Source: Antedon mediterranea (lineage: Eukaryota; Animalia; Echinodermata). Taken from it: a stretch of DNA of 64,000 nucleotides. The notes below the pieces were generated by a model. That model did no database searches. It was not told the DNA's origin and was given only the letters and a program-made list of their open reading frames with translations. Location: the NCBI RefSeq assembly GCF_964355755.1, contig NC_092679.1:1518201-1582200 (forward strand), given 5' to 3'. The position numbers and the translations under genes were made by a program. Shown piece by piece: positions 38,789-52,100 of the stretch (positions are counted from its first letter, which is position 1; each line of letters starts with the position of its first letter).

Positions 38789-39358
38789 TGGCAATGTATA
38801 ACACCAAATTACTGCTCATACAACTTGTTTTTAGTAACAATCTTGTTGGTACAAAAGTATACACTATACAGCATACGATCGACTACTAAAAAAAACCTCC
38901 GCAGTTTTAGAAACAAATGTAAATATTTGATATCTCCATTTTAATATTGATCCACCATATTAATGTGAATATTACGGTTTAATTAACTGTTGATTATAAT
39001 TATCTCAATTTTAAGAATTTAATCTCAAGATTAAAATAGAAAATGAAAATATACCATAATTAGATTTTATCAAAATTATTACATTTAAAGTGATCACATG
39101 ACCATTTGCCTCAACAATAAAATAGAACACACATACAGAATATCCTAATTAATTCGAAAAACAAATTATCAAGTTAGTATGTGTCATAATTACACACATC
39201 TCAATCTATTAGAACTAAGACGGTATAACAGGTGACAGAATGACTGATCCGTTACGGGCTAAGGTCACAAATCAATTTATTAAGGTGGTCCAGAACAGAA
39301 TAGAACATTTGTGGTACATTGAGAGGAAGTACACAGTTTTTACGCCTGAGATATCTGG

Positions 39359-39509
39359 CATTGTCTACACTATCAAACTTTATGTGACAGAAAAATATGC
39401 CCATATTATGGACATAATGATGTCATATCACTGCCATATTTGGGAATATCACTACCATATTGGGCACATTCTACTTTTTTTCACACTAGTTTGATAGTGT
39501 AAACAGAGC
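39359..39509. mobile_element. MITE family A copy
   Basis: TTGTCTACACTATCAAAC ... GTTTGATAGTGTAAACAGAGCT. Confidence 0.8.
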
Positions 39510-41473
39510 TTAAGTTATATTTTCTGGTGTCTTCGACTTTTAGAAAACGAAATATATAGAATGGTGATGATAACGATTCTGATCATGATCTTGTTTATGA
39601 TAAATAGCTTTTGCAATTTCTTCAACTTTTGAAAGCTTTTCTTCACCATGACATATTCTTCTTCAACTGTAACAACAACAGTGAAAGCCCGTTCAGACCT
39701 GCTATTCTGGTTCCCGGTTCATACACATACAATGAACACATGACAGAGATATCGTATATTAAAAAGTACTATAATACACGAAGACTCTTTTCTAAATGTC
39801 GCAATAGCCTGTTAGACTGTATGAGTGACAGCTACATAAACGGGTGTTCAGATTTCGTTGTTTAGCCGGTATGTTGGTATCATGGGCACGGTCATTTTAT
39901 CAACCACTTACACAGGTAATACGCGCAAACGCAATATAGTTCGACCAATCACAAGCAAAAGATCATCCAACTGTCGCTTATGATTAGTCAAACTTTACTT
40001 ATATTCGTCCTAATGGAAACCAAGCTTAAACTTAAATTATATTTAAAAAAAATGTTTGTTTGATAATGTGAAACAAGAACGTTAATGAGGGATTAACGGG
40101 AGCAGGGTGAATGAATTATACAGGTTCAACAAATTGAATTCATATCAAGTATAATGATAAGCTGACTGTGCCTTGGGGATGTTTCTTGGTTTATCACGTT
40201 GCTGCAGCACAAGCGGCCTACTTACTTCATCAAAGTGTTTTTCCTTTTTGCAAGAAGTTTAGATTGAGAGAGACCTCCTTTAAAACTCATACTAAAAGAA
40301 AATTACACATTCTTCTTCAATTGACGTTGGGAAACAAATGAAGTGAAAATAGTAAATTGCGAAATACGATCTGCACAATGATATAGCCTATCCATATCAC
40401 TATCTTAAACAAAGTTTGAATATTTGATGAGCTGAGCCGTCAAACGGGTGTGCAAAGCGTCAAACGTTATGATATTGAGTTACAAACTTCATAAATGTTT
40501 TATTGTCATTTCCGTTTGGTGAGGTGGCAATTTTATCTGCGAAAAATCTTTGGATACATTGTGTACATAATCGCATGCTTGCCACCAAGTGTGGTTCTAG
40601 TGGGTTTGTTTTGTTTGTGGGAGGGGGAGGGGGAGGGGATAGATACATTTAGATATACAAAAGAACATGACTAAAAACATTAACATTACTTTGTTCCATT
40701 TATTTCAATGATACATTTTGATAACTAAATCTAATGGACCTGCCATTTTGTAAAACGGTTTTTTTACAAATTAGTATTTATATAAACATATACATTTACA
40801 ATCGTTACAGTAAAATATAATTTAGTAACTTGATTGAGTGGATTATAGAAATAGGAAAGACAGTATCGAGCCAGGTCTGCTTTATATTTCAACACTTTTA
40901 GAAACTTACTCATTCGAGAAAAGTGAAATTATTATTATTTTTTAATGCATATAAATAGACACACACTGTTTTTGTCAAGTATTCGTACAAAACAATTGGT
41001 TTGTAATAATTGTATTTATATAGACATTTACGACATTATGAGTCACAAAAACACCGACTTTGGAAAACAGCAAACAGATTAATATTTGTATACGTGTTGT
41101 GTTTTAGATTTGTTGATTCTATGATAAACACGTTTAAAAAAAAATCAAAGTTCTATTCGCAACCGATTCTCAGTGTTGTATTCCCACATAATTATGATAA
41201 TACTTGTCAGTTTGTAACACAGCATGTTATCTGTTTAGCATGTGATTCATGTATCACCACCTCCGTTAATGATTACGTTACGTTATTAGGGGCTATGATA
41301 CTGGTGGCACATGGTACACATATGTGTTGCTGTATCATGAAATTTGACTATGATACAGTACCGATAATCGACTATTTGCACACAATTAGACGGATAACTT
41401 GTCATTAACGTTATTCGTCAAATGTGAACGGGTATTTTAACATTGTATTTGCACACGTCACTTAAATGTCTGT

Positions 41474-44400
41474 TTAGTTTAGTTCTGTGTACTCCTGTAC
41501 ATCGACGTCATAATACGTATCTGAATTTAAAGTTGGACATAGTACTGGTGTTGGAATGTTAAAGACTGTAGACACACTTGGTCGTTTACGCTTTCCTATA
41601 GAAGCTACCCTGGACTCCCTGCTACATGACCCGCTATGGGCCGATGCATCTGCAGGGGGCGTATCGTTCGATATAAACGAGTACTCCTCCGACACTACAG
41701 GAAAAAACTCCTCGCTAACACTTTCAACAAAACCGCTATCTAGACGCTTTTGGTGACGTGAAGATTTCTGTGATAAATTATGCGGGTTTTTACTCATGTC
41801 CATGTACATGTCGTCTGCCGTGATGGCGCTACTTTCACTCATCGATCTGCCGAATTTTCGCAGGCTACTCTGCCAGCGTTTCGGCGTATCACGAATCATT
41901 TTATAAAGTTTCTTCGGAGTTTTATATTCATGTGAAATGTCTGTAGAAATGCTGGAAAGTTCCAGTACGTTTAGTTCTATATCTGTCTCTCGTGATCGAG
42001 TCGAGGAATCGCTGTGTGTGCGCAAGTTCTTTTTGGTTAGCGGCGTGATGGGCATTCGCGGCGGAAGAGCGGGTCTCATTGGAACACTATGGCTCCGACG
42101 AATGAACAGCCCTTGTGGTAGGTTCAGACTCATGTATTCACGGTGTGATATTTGAGTTCCATCTAACCCCATGTAACCATCAGGACCGATAGAGTTTGCT
42201 CCGTACATGCTCCGTTTACACTGAGTTTGTGTTTTTAATTTGTGGATTCGGTTTTTCAGTAATATTATATACATTGTTAGAATCATAAAAGCAGTGAATC
42301 CGATAGTGCCAACAATCAACGACAATACAACATCCGTACTTGGGTTGTACGATTTGTAGACCTGTCCGATGGTTGGATCAACATCAGCATTGTTTGAAGT
42401 AACCAATTCATTTCCTATATCATGAGGAATATTTTGTTCTGTTGTCGTCGTTGTCGTTTCGTACTTATTTATAACCTCTGGGGATAACGTAAACGGTTCC
42501 ACAAATCTTCCTCCAGGAGATACCTTGCCAGACGGTATGGCCACGTGCTCTATTTTAGTCGTATCATCAAATCTTGAAGACGGTTCAAATGAAATCCCAG
42601 CAAGCATACCATAAGCCGTTTCTGCCTCCTGCGTTCCGTATCCGTATAACGTAACGGAGAACGGTATATTTTGATCGCGATGGTCTAAATAATGCACGCC
42701 ATGTGGGAGACTAATCTGCGCCATGCAAAACTCTACACCACCGATTGTAACCTTTAACTTCCCAAGTTTTTGGAACTCAGTTTCGGGGAATTGAAACATG
42801 TTATGATAAAGTTTTATAGTCTGACGGCATTCGATGATTATATTCGCGAAATTATTTAACACTTGTCCGTTGACGGCGTTGTCAAGCGTAACGAGCATGA
42901 CGTCATGCGTGAAATGTTCGATTGCCGGAACCATCATCATAAATGGATCGGCTTTCGTGTTATCAGCCGCTCCACCTTTTCCGTATTGCATAACAAGAAT
43001 GGGCTCTGTGGAGTTTATCACATAACTCATTGTGGATTTTATATCAATTTCCACATATTTTCCTCTATTCAGGGTCCTTTTATCGCCATTGTTTAAAGTA
43101 ACCTCGGTGTTATCTTTCCCAGCAATCACCCGGAAACGGTCACCACCGGTCCTGTTGTACAGGGGTGTGGTAATAAACGTTTTACCCCATTTACTAAACG
43201 GCGGTAGCTGCTCTACTAAATGATCGCAATATCGCACCCCACGTGGTACGTCTGCGCATTTGCTACCGGATAAGACAACGATTGGTTTATTCGACGTAAT
43301 GCGAGTACCCGTCAGATCATCCTGGTCACTGAAGAACAAAATAGATTGCATGCGCGATAAGGTGCGCACCAAAACGGTTCCTTTTTTATGCGTTATACCC
43401 TGATACGTCAGCTCACCTTCCAGCTTAATGGTAATTTCAGTACGATTGTGAATACCGATAACAAGAAATTGAGATCCACGGTGTTTTATGTCGATTCTCA
43501 TTGGAATATCATACGATGCAACAAAATATTCATTACCGAGAACATCTGTAGGTAACGCAAGAAAAGAATCCATCGAATTGCCCTCATCCACCCCATAAAC
43601 AGTGATCTCGTAATCAGATTGAATTAGAATAGCTTTTCCTTCCGTTTGACCTGGAATACGCACAACTTTCATGTACTGATGCATATCAAGCGTCACATGC
43701 CATACGTTAACGCCCATAGTTACGTTTACGTGTGTTGTGCGCCGAGCCGACCCGACTAGCGTAACTTTCGGGTAGTTATCGGGTCCAACTATATTTAAAA
43801 ATCCAAAAATAAACTCTGTTCCTCTATTATCTTGACGTTCACAATCTGAAAGAAATAATAACACAAGATATTCAAACAAGTATATTTGTAAGTTGACAGA
43901 CTAATACATGTTAGTGCAATAGTGTTATACTGTAACTAAATGTGTGGTATACCGCACTATACACTTGATAATTACTACAGGAAAGTTGTTGGTGTTCCAA
44001 CCCACTTTGCTCTATGCTATAAATAGTATATTAGACTAATATAGATAGCCATACGCAGGGAAGTCTGTAAAGTAATAACTATTTTTAGTATTAATATATC
44101 CATACATTAAAATACAAAAAAGGTATAAAATTACTAGAGCACCGGTAACGCAAATGATAGGCATTTTCATGTTTCTCATCATTTCTTATAATTAATAACT
44201 AAAATAAAAGAGACTAAACGAATACATAAGGAAAGTATACAGCTGTTAAAAAAACATACGAACTTGAATAACTGTATGATAAGTATATAAGCCTAATACA
44301 AGTATTGTTCTATAACGTAAAGAGAACGCCGTTAATTCTACTTGAGTCTTTCTTGGCATGGACATAAGAAACATGCTGTAGAGTAGGTCAAAATAACCAA

Positions 44401-46659
44401 TGATCAAATCAAAAGGGATATATATCTAATACCAAAACGTGGAGCCATGAACTACACAAAGCGATTATCACTGAACTAACGCCTCTAAAAGTAAACACCT
44501 CGAACCGTGCAGTGGCATTTTAAATCGCGAAATAAGCGCCGTTTTCGAAAAGGCTCTGCACGGCGATACGGTACTTGTTTTAGCTGTGTGGGGTACATGG
44601 GATAGGCCTAGACATTAGACATAGGCCTAATTCTGTTTAAATAAGCATAATAGTACCTGTATTTAAGAACTATTAATTTAATAGGTCTTTATAATTTGAT
44701 CTAACCATATACTCGGAAGTACACCGCAGTCGTTTTTATTCAGATAGATTATATCGAAAAGAGATAAACGAATGATAAAATTCTTCCTATTTTGGTTTAC
44801 GGGGGAAGCACAACTATGTCTGTAAAGGAACCCAAGGGACATCAGAACTAATTTCCTGTTATTTTACAACGGGTTGTACCTGAGGTCAAAACAACTAAAC
44901 CCAAAGCTTTATCCTTTCTGTTGCAGTTCGATATATTGAATAACGAAGTACTTATTTTAATATTGTTTTGATTTGCATACAGGAACCGACCAGTAGCAAC
45001 AGGACAGAGTAACCTAGTCAAGGACAGTTACCATGTTGCCTGTTACATTGTTGATATGATATTGCAATGGTGTTTTAACAAGTTAAATTTTGGTTAGCAA
45101 ATAAATTCGTTTAAAAAGTTAACCGGATCTAAGTTTATAGGATTGCGTTAAACATTATTCTCATACATGCTTAATAAAAATTTCTTTCTAAGGGTTGTCT
45201 GTTACATTGTTGATATGATATTGCAATGGTGTTTTAACAAGTTAAATTTTGGTCAGCAAATAAATTTGTTAACCAGATCTAGTTTATAGGACTGCGTTAA
45301 AAGTATTCTCATACATGATGAACATTTCTTTCAAATTCGACGAGCATGCGCAGATGATTGATACGCTCGGTTGCTTCGTAGTTGCAGCAGCAGCCGCAGC
45401 AGCCACGTAAAACTGTTTACGAGTATAGAAAGTCAGGAAATGGATGCAAGGATGCAAACAATTATATTCTTGTATCGGTTCCAAACACTGCTCATATTAA
45501 GATTATACTTCCGTGGACAAATGCCAACCAAGCTAGCCAGGCCTAGTCTGTATGAAAGTTTGCATTGTGTTTGAATAGGCCTACGACGACGGAGAATATT
45601 TACGTTACAACCGGCCATGTAAAGCGTGGTTCCCACTAGCGACGCAACGCAAGGACGTAACGCAACGCAAGTGAATTGACCAATCACAAGCGATGGCTTA
45701 TTCGCTTGTGATTGCTAACTGTCTATAACTTCGCTTGTCATTGGTGAAAACGCTTGCGTTGCGTTTACGTCCTTGCGTTACTACATTAATACTAATTTTT
45801 GAATACACAATAGCATGAATTTGTAGTGAACACTAAATTATAGATACCAAAGTTTTTTTATTTATTTTTGTTTATAAGTGTGTCTTGTGTAAAGATTCTT
45901 GTAAAAACAGGTCTTTGTACAAGATTTTTGCTATCATTTTATACTGTACTGTGACTGGATTACTAAATAGGCTACATTAAAAATGAAATGTTTACATTTG
46001 TAGGGCAAGTATACAGATCATTAGCCTAATATTTCATATTAACAGTTGAAGAAACCACTATGTAGGCTTGAATTTGAATATTTTTAACTAATAAAAGTAT
46101 ACAACGATTGATCGAACGTTTTCGTATTCGACAAAATAAAATAATACGAGGAGAGTTTCAGCAATAAGGTTAAATTTTTAGGCCCTTATTAGATAATAAA
46201 AGTATATAGCGATTGGCATATTGTAAAATAAACAAAAGCTTGTCTAACAAAGCATCAAAGACAGAAAATATCTTGAAAATAGAGACAAAACAAAAGAGCA
46301 CACAAAATGTAAAGATAACATATACCAGCATATTAAACATCATATTTCCCTTTATGAACATGCCCGGATAAAATATTCACAAAAAAAGAATAAAAACACA
46401 CACATAAAATAGATTCTCAACCGAAGGGTCTAACTATCAGTAGAGAAAACATATAGAAAACCTAAGGCAAATTGGGGGGAAAGTCCCTGGATTTCTATGC
46501 AAAATACAAAAATATTGTACGTTGGTGTCATTAGGGCCATGTAGGCCTACTATACTATGCTAAATAAGAAATGTAATTGATAATAATCTTACCTGTACAC
46601 GCACACACGCTGGAAACCATCAACATTAGTAAAATCCCAAAATACGATAGAGTCGTCAT
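41474..46659 (-). CDS. Type I membrane protein with IgGFc-binding protein N-terminal (FCGBP-N) ectodomain and tyrosine-rich cytoplasmic tail (~812 aa)
   Basis: Exon 46593-46659 encodes a signal peptide MTTLSYFGILLMLMVSSVCACT with a phase-1 GTAAG donor, spliced to exon 41474-43845. FCGBP-N motifs DNRGTEFI, DSFLALPTDVLGNEYFV, DLTGTRITSNKPIVVLSG, CDHLVEQLPP..WGKTF, ADPFMMMVP. TM VVLSLIVGTIGFTAFMILTMYIILL. Confidence 0.9.
45039..45320. repeat. Local ~120-bp direct duplication
   Basis: CTGTTACATTGTTGATATGATATTGCAATGGTGTTTTAACAAGTTAAATTTTGGT at ~45040 and ~45199. Confidence 0.85.
45623..45780. mobile_element. MITE family B copy, right end truncated, nearly identical to 56504-56682
   Basis: About 2 mismatches over ~158 bp by eye. 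Confidence 0.88.
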
Positions 46660-47376
46660 TTTGCTTTTGCAAAACAACCAGCTGACGACGAGAACGCCTA
46701 AATGAAATCTACAAAATAAGTTGATTTCGTGTTATGTTGGGCCCCACCGGGATACTGACGGACACTGTCATACTGTTTCCCTTACAGCTGCCTAACAGTG
46801 CAAAGTGTATACCACGTGGTCTGTGTAATCATCAAACTTCATCTTCTATCAGACCAATCAAAGGAGAGTCTCGCTAATCTGTTTTCAAAGGAAGTCAGTT
46901 CGGAAATCAATTGCAAGTGGCTGCTTGTATAAAAAGCGATTAAAAACGACGTTAACGTTTTGTCTTGCAGAGACAAACGTAATTGTGTTACACTGCGTTC
47001 TTACACGAAAATGAATACGAAGATATTTTGTAAGGGCCGAATCATAGACAAGACAAGATCGTCTGCCGTAACTCTCGTTCTTTCAAAATGATCAAAGCCA
47101 ACACAAAAGATTGTAACTGCTACACTTTCGTTCTTTACGAAAATGAAATATTGTTAAAAGTAGAGACAACAACAACAACCGAAGATTGTAACGTCTAATA
47201 GTAGTTGTAACTACACAGACTGCCGCTCTTCTAGGAAAATGACAAATTTCCGTTTAAAATTGTACATGTAAGACTTTATATCTATCCCATCATGCACTGT
47301 GTGTTTCCTTATTATTTCGTCTTACTGTTCACAATTAAAATTAATAGATCCGGAACAAATTTTAACTTAGTAATAG

Positions 47377-47403
47377 CAGGGAGTTGTAATTAGCAACTCC
47401 CTG
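47377..47403. mobile_element. Micro-palindrome with CA..TG ends and exact 7-bp target duplication
   Basis: gtaatag-CAGGGAGTTGTAATTAGCAACTCCCTG-gtaatag. Confidence 0.72.
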
Positions 47404-48303
47404 GTAATAGTTAGTAGTTAGTAACAAACAAATCTATATATATATTTTGTATAATCTATATTTATAAGGCCTAGATGTAGTATAGAACCTAAATGATATT
47501 TGTATTTCTTTAGACTTGCATTTAAGTTAACATAAATTATTCAGACAATTTCATTAGCACATTGCATCCATGTTGTTATCGGGTTACATTCCTTTCTATA
47601 TCGAAAATAGTGTTTCATCTATTTTCACGTCACTTTGAAATATAAGGTTACGGGTAGTTATGCCTATACTATTAATATTACTGAACTTACATTCTTGGTA
47701 TAGATTACATTATTTTATTTTCTTCATTTAATAAAAAACTTTACAGACCCTGTACGCGTTAAATTAAAATAAAAATAATTTGTAACAGCAAACGTGTCTG
47801 AGAGGGCAGGGGAATGAATCATGATGTTTTGACGGTACGTAAACATTAATGTTCTGTAATGTTAACTGCATAACGTAATCAATACAACAACGAATTTTAA
47901 AAGGCAAACAAAAACAAGGTAATAAATAATACTAAAATATTGTTATGTTTTTCCTATTATGATATAATTAACCCGTTCTGATGTATGCTCTCTGGAGGGC
48001 GTGGTTGCATTTCAAGACAAACAATATAATTGTGCATGAAACGAAGCCAAAACTGTCGAGACTGTTATCAAAACACGTTGTATCAACAAGAAAAAATTAC
48101 TGCAATTAGCACCTCCTACGAGATTATTAAAATACTTCAGTTATTTTGTAAGAGGGTGGGAATTGTAAAGACTGAAACAAAAACCATATATTTGTTTTGT
48201 ATTTTCGAATACAGTAGGCCTATGTTAGTATAAAAACAAGAAACTGGGCCTATAAATGTGGTATATTCAGCGTTTTTAACTTGTGGCCCTCAAATCGTTT
48301 TTA

Positions 48304-48457
48304 AGCTCTGTCTACACTTTAAAACTTTATGTGACAAAAATGTGATGTGGCTGTATATGGACAGTGCCGTATCACTACAATATTTGGGCATATCACTACC
48401 ATATTTGGGCACATCACACTTTTTATGTCAAACTAGTTTGATAGTGTAGACAGAGCT
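48304..48457. mobile_element. MITE family A copy
   Basis: AGCTCTGTCTACACTTTAAAAC ... GTTTGATAGTGTAGACAGAGCT. Confidence 0.85.
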
Positions 48458-49132
48458 TCTGTCAAACAATTTACCAAGTATACAGAATACCAATATTGAT
48501 TTATTCAGGTCTGTTTTTAACTGCCAACGAGAGGTCTTGGACTGGAATCTTAAAACGCGTTATCAAATCAATTATTACACGATAAAAATAGAATTTAAAA
48601 GAACAATGCACCAGTTAAGAGTAATCGGAAGGAAAGAGCCAGTTTAATACCTCAGCATCCTGGCATAATAACAATAATAATATGTCCTCAGTTGAAAGTC
48701 CTTAAGCGTGTGTGCTAACCTTTTACTTTACCTTTATATTCGATAAAGTTCATCTTTAAATAATTAACAAACAATCACAACAAAATAACCCGATGATAGT
48801 CGATTCTCTGTAGGCCTACTGTGTATCTATAGTCAAATGCCGTATTACATCATCGAGTGATATTAGGCCCTAATAATAAAACAGCAATATAGGCCTACTT
48901 GTTTAACGTATTCTATAACATGCGTTCCACTGACTCTTTTCAGAGAGTATGAGATTAGATGGTTGTTTTGTTGTGTTGGGGCCATGTACTGCAGATATAA
49001 TTATTTGATACCTCCATGGTTGAGACAGGGAGGTACCTCCCTGGTTGGGCTAAGCTACGACACTTCTGCAATGTGGCAACGATTTCGGATACCACCTTGT
49101 TTTTAGACAATGGGATTTTAGGTCCATGATTT

Positions 49133-52100
49133 TCAGACGACACGGTAGAGATGTACGCGCTCAAGGTCATCTATGTCATCGGGGTCAAGGTTATGGTGAT
49201 CATGCGCCAGAGGAAGTTCTTCTACCCAAGAGAGTAAATCAAAATCCATCTGAAAAGAAAACATTCATAGTACAACATTCAATAATTTGTTGTATAATCC
49301 TTCTCTCAACTAGGTAGTTTAAAATTGATAAAACATTTAGGTCTACTTAGGTTACCGATATCGAGGTATATCGATTATTGTATGCATATATATTGTTTTA
49401 CTCCATATATATACTGAGCCGACTGAGGTTGGATTGTTCACATCATTTTTATCACTAAACTATCAAAAAGGTTTTCTTCTTTGTGTTCACAGCAGTCGAA
49501 TTCGTTCGCGATGTGAACATATTCATTACTGTACTAAAGCTTGCTTCAAACTTGTTCGCAACTCAGGGGGCGTAACAGCACAGCAAGGGATTTGACCAAT
49601 CATGACGCGATGTATCAACTCACTTGCGGCTATACGCCGAAGTTGGAGTTAAAGTTAAATATCGCTGTTCAGTTGACTAGGTTTACTACTGTGGTTAAAG
49701 TTTATAAAAATCTCAAGTTAATTAAAACAAGTGTTTACCCGTTTTACCCGACGATGAAAAAAAATGTTTTGGTGCATATAGTTCAGTTAATTTTTAATAA
49801 TTTGAATAAAGCTCTATTTTTGTTTCCTTTAGCATCAACATCTACAGCAAATGTGCAGACAAGTGTACAATTATTATGTCGCTGACTCAGACAATGTACT
49901 AACAACGTTCACAATTATATTTGGTGTTTTTTTCTCCAGAAAATATTAGTTTCTTCTTTTTTTTTGTAAACGTGCATATTGCTAATCACAATGGGACGGT
50001 GACTTCGAGGTGAAAAACAGGAAAAGCTGATGATTCCTGTCAATGTTTTTCAATCTGGTCTCCAGGTTACTTAAAGGTCACGTCAAATATACAGTAATAA
50101 CCATTATTAACAATGGATTACGTCATTGTGTACAAAATCGAGCGAACGACGCATTTGAATGGGATTTTCTTTAAATTTACGCCCTCATGCGTCAGCTATA
50201 TCACCTTAGGAATTGAAAGGGACGCCTGGCCGCAATTATTAAGATAGTTTGCGGTCTTAATTGGTTTGTTAAGTTGTGGTTATGACGTCATCAATTCATT
50301 AACTGAACTTGCGAAATACAAACATCAAAATATTCGGAAAAGTTCCATCAGAAACTTCTAGATTAGTCATCAAATCACAAACGATAAAAGACAGCTTTAA
50401 CATTGACATTTCTCAAAATGAATGTCAACAGAAATTACTTAATTAGCATATCTGAAATAAAATGGCACATTTAACACCACTGTTTATAATACATTTATTT
50501 TATTTACCATTTACGACGAGACAAAAAGTAAATTAAAGTTACATACCTGTAGAGATTGCGTCATCTCGTCAATACTTGGAATGGTTACAATCAATGTGCC
50601 TTTCTTTCTAATAGATTTAGACAAAAACCTCCATATTCTAGAAGAAATACAATGGTTTACCAAAATAATAATGAAAATATTAATGAAAATTGAATAAATT
50701 AGCTGCTTAAGTCTAGTTTTAAGAAAAAAAGTTTTCCGGAGTATGCTAGTGTAGACCAGTTGACAAACTCCTCCAAACTGCAGAAAACAAGTTATCAAAA
50801 GTTTTCCAAAAGTGTGCTGGTGTACCAAAAACAACGTATTGAGGAAGTCTTTTCCAGCAAACTTTAGTTTTGTGTGAAAAAAAGGGTTTACACTATTAAT
50901 GTACTGTTGTTTACAAAGTTACGCCAAAATAACTAATATACATACTTTATTTGTTGTTCAATGTTTGCGAAAAACTCGAATACATTATGCATAACAACTA
51001 CATCCGCTAAAAAAAGAAAAGAAACACAAATAGAAGAAGTAAACATAACACGATTTAAACTTTTATTATCTTATCAAGCAGTTTGTACTTTTAATTAGTT
51101 TCTATTATTATACTCATGGCTACAATGTATAACCTCTTGTATATGCATTGATATTTGTTATCATACGAGTCGACGCCATATGATCTTGTTGGAAGGAAGC
51201 GTCCATGTTATGCCAAAAACTTTACACAATACCTTTATTGAATTACAGCGGTAAAGTAAAAAACATGGCCTCAAGTTTGATGATTTGCCAATTTGAAATT
51301 ATCAAAAACCATACTATAGAAGATTATTTGCCAAAATTAAATTACGCTTTTAGTAAGTGTGGCGGCTAAAGTGCCGATATTATAGCAAATTCCGGTATAA
51401 AACAATTCGTATTAAAGAAAACAATCGCTAACCTTCTAATAGTATCTCATCTTTGTCTAAAACATCCGCACATATAACCTGAAAATGTATATTAATAAGT
51501 AATCTATTGATTATCCAAAAGTTGTTAACATCAATAAAAATTTGAAGCGGCTACAAAATGCTGCGCTATACCGGTAGTTATTGATAATAGGGAGTGGGGC
51601 GAGTAATCCCAAGGATGGTAATCTATAATGTAAATAGTTCAGATGGACTTTAATGTATTTGGTGAATTATAAAATACATTATTCAGCAAAAATTGGATCC
51701 ACAAATGGCTCACTATATAATATTAACACACTCATCAATAATTCTGAGGATTACTCAATGCTTCCATATTATAGTAAGCTGAAAAATTGGAGATGGATTG
51801 CACGCACGCATTACGCGTACACGCACTGCCTCTGTACACCTCTCATAAATAACATTAATATTAAAAGTTATAGCGCTAATTTCTATCATATCATAATTAA
51901 CGGCACTTTATATCAATTAACTATCATAACAGTGCATTTAAAATATTACTTGTGTTTCTGGCACCAAAGACGACAATTAAAATATACGTATTTTGATTAG
52001 TCACAATGTGTATTTCTTCTTCAAGGTTTGCAGTCTACTCTTGATTGTCGTCATTAACCACACTTCTTTTCCCCGAATTCCCAGTTGTTTTAATTAGAAC

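Noticed and set aside
39520-39920. Coding-looking sequence in the 30-41 kb gene-poor interval
   Set aside because: Only short ORFs, with no consistent splice chain or recognisable motif.
44341-44448. Possible alternative signal-peptide exon (MAPRFGIRYISLLI*SLVIL..) for the FCGBP-N gene, or a TGA read-through case
   Set aside because: It has an in-frame TGA and no phase-1 donor, and no SECIS evidence. Exon 46593-46659 fits perfectly.
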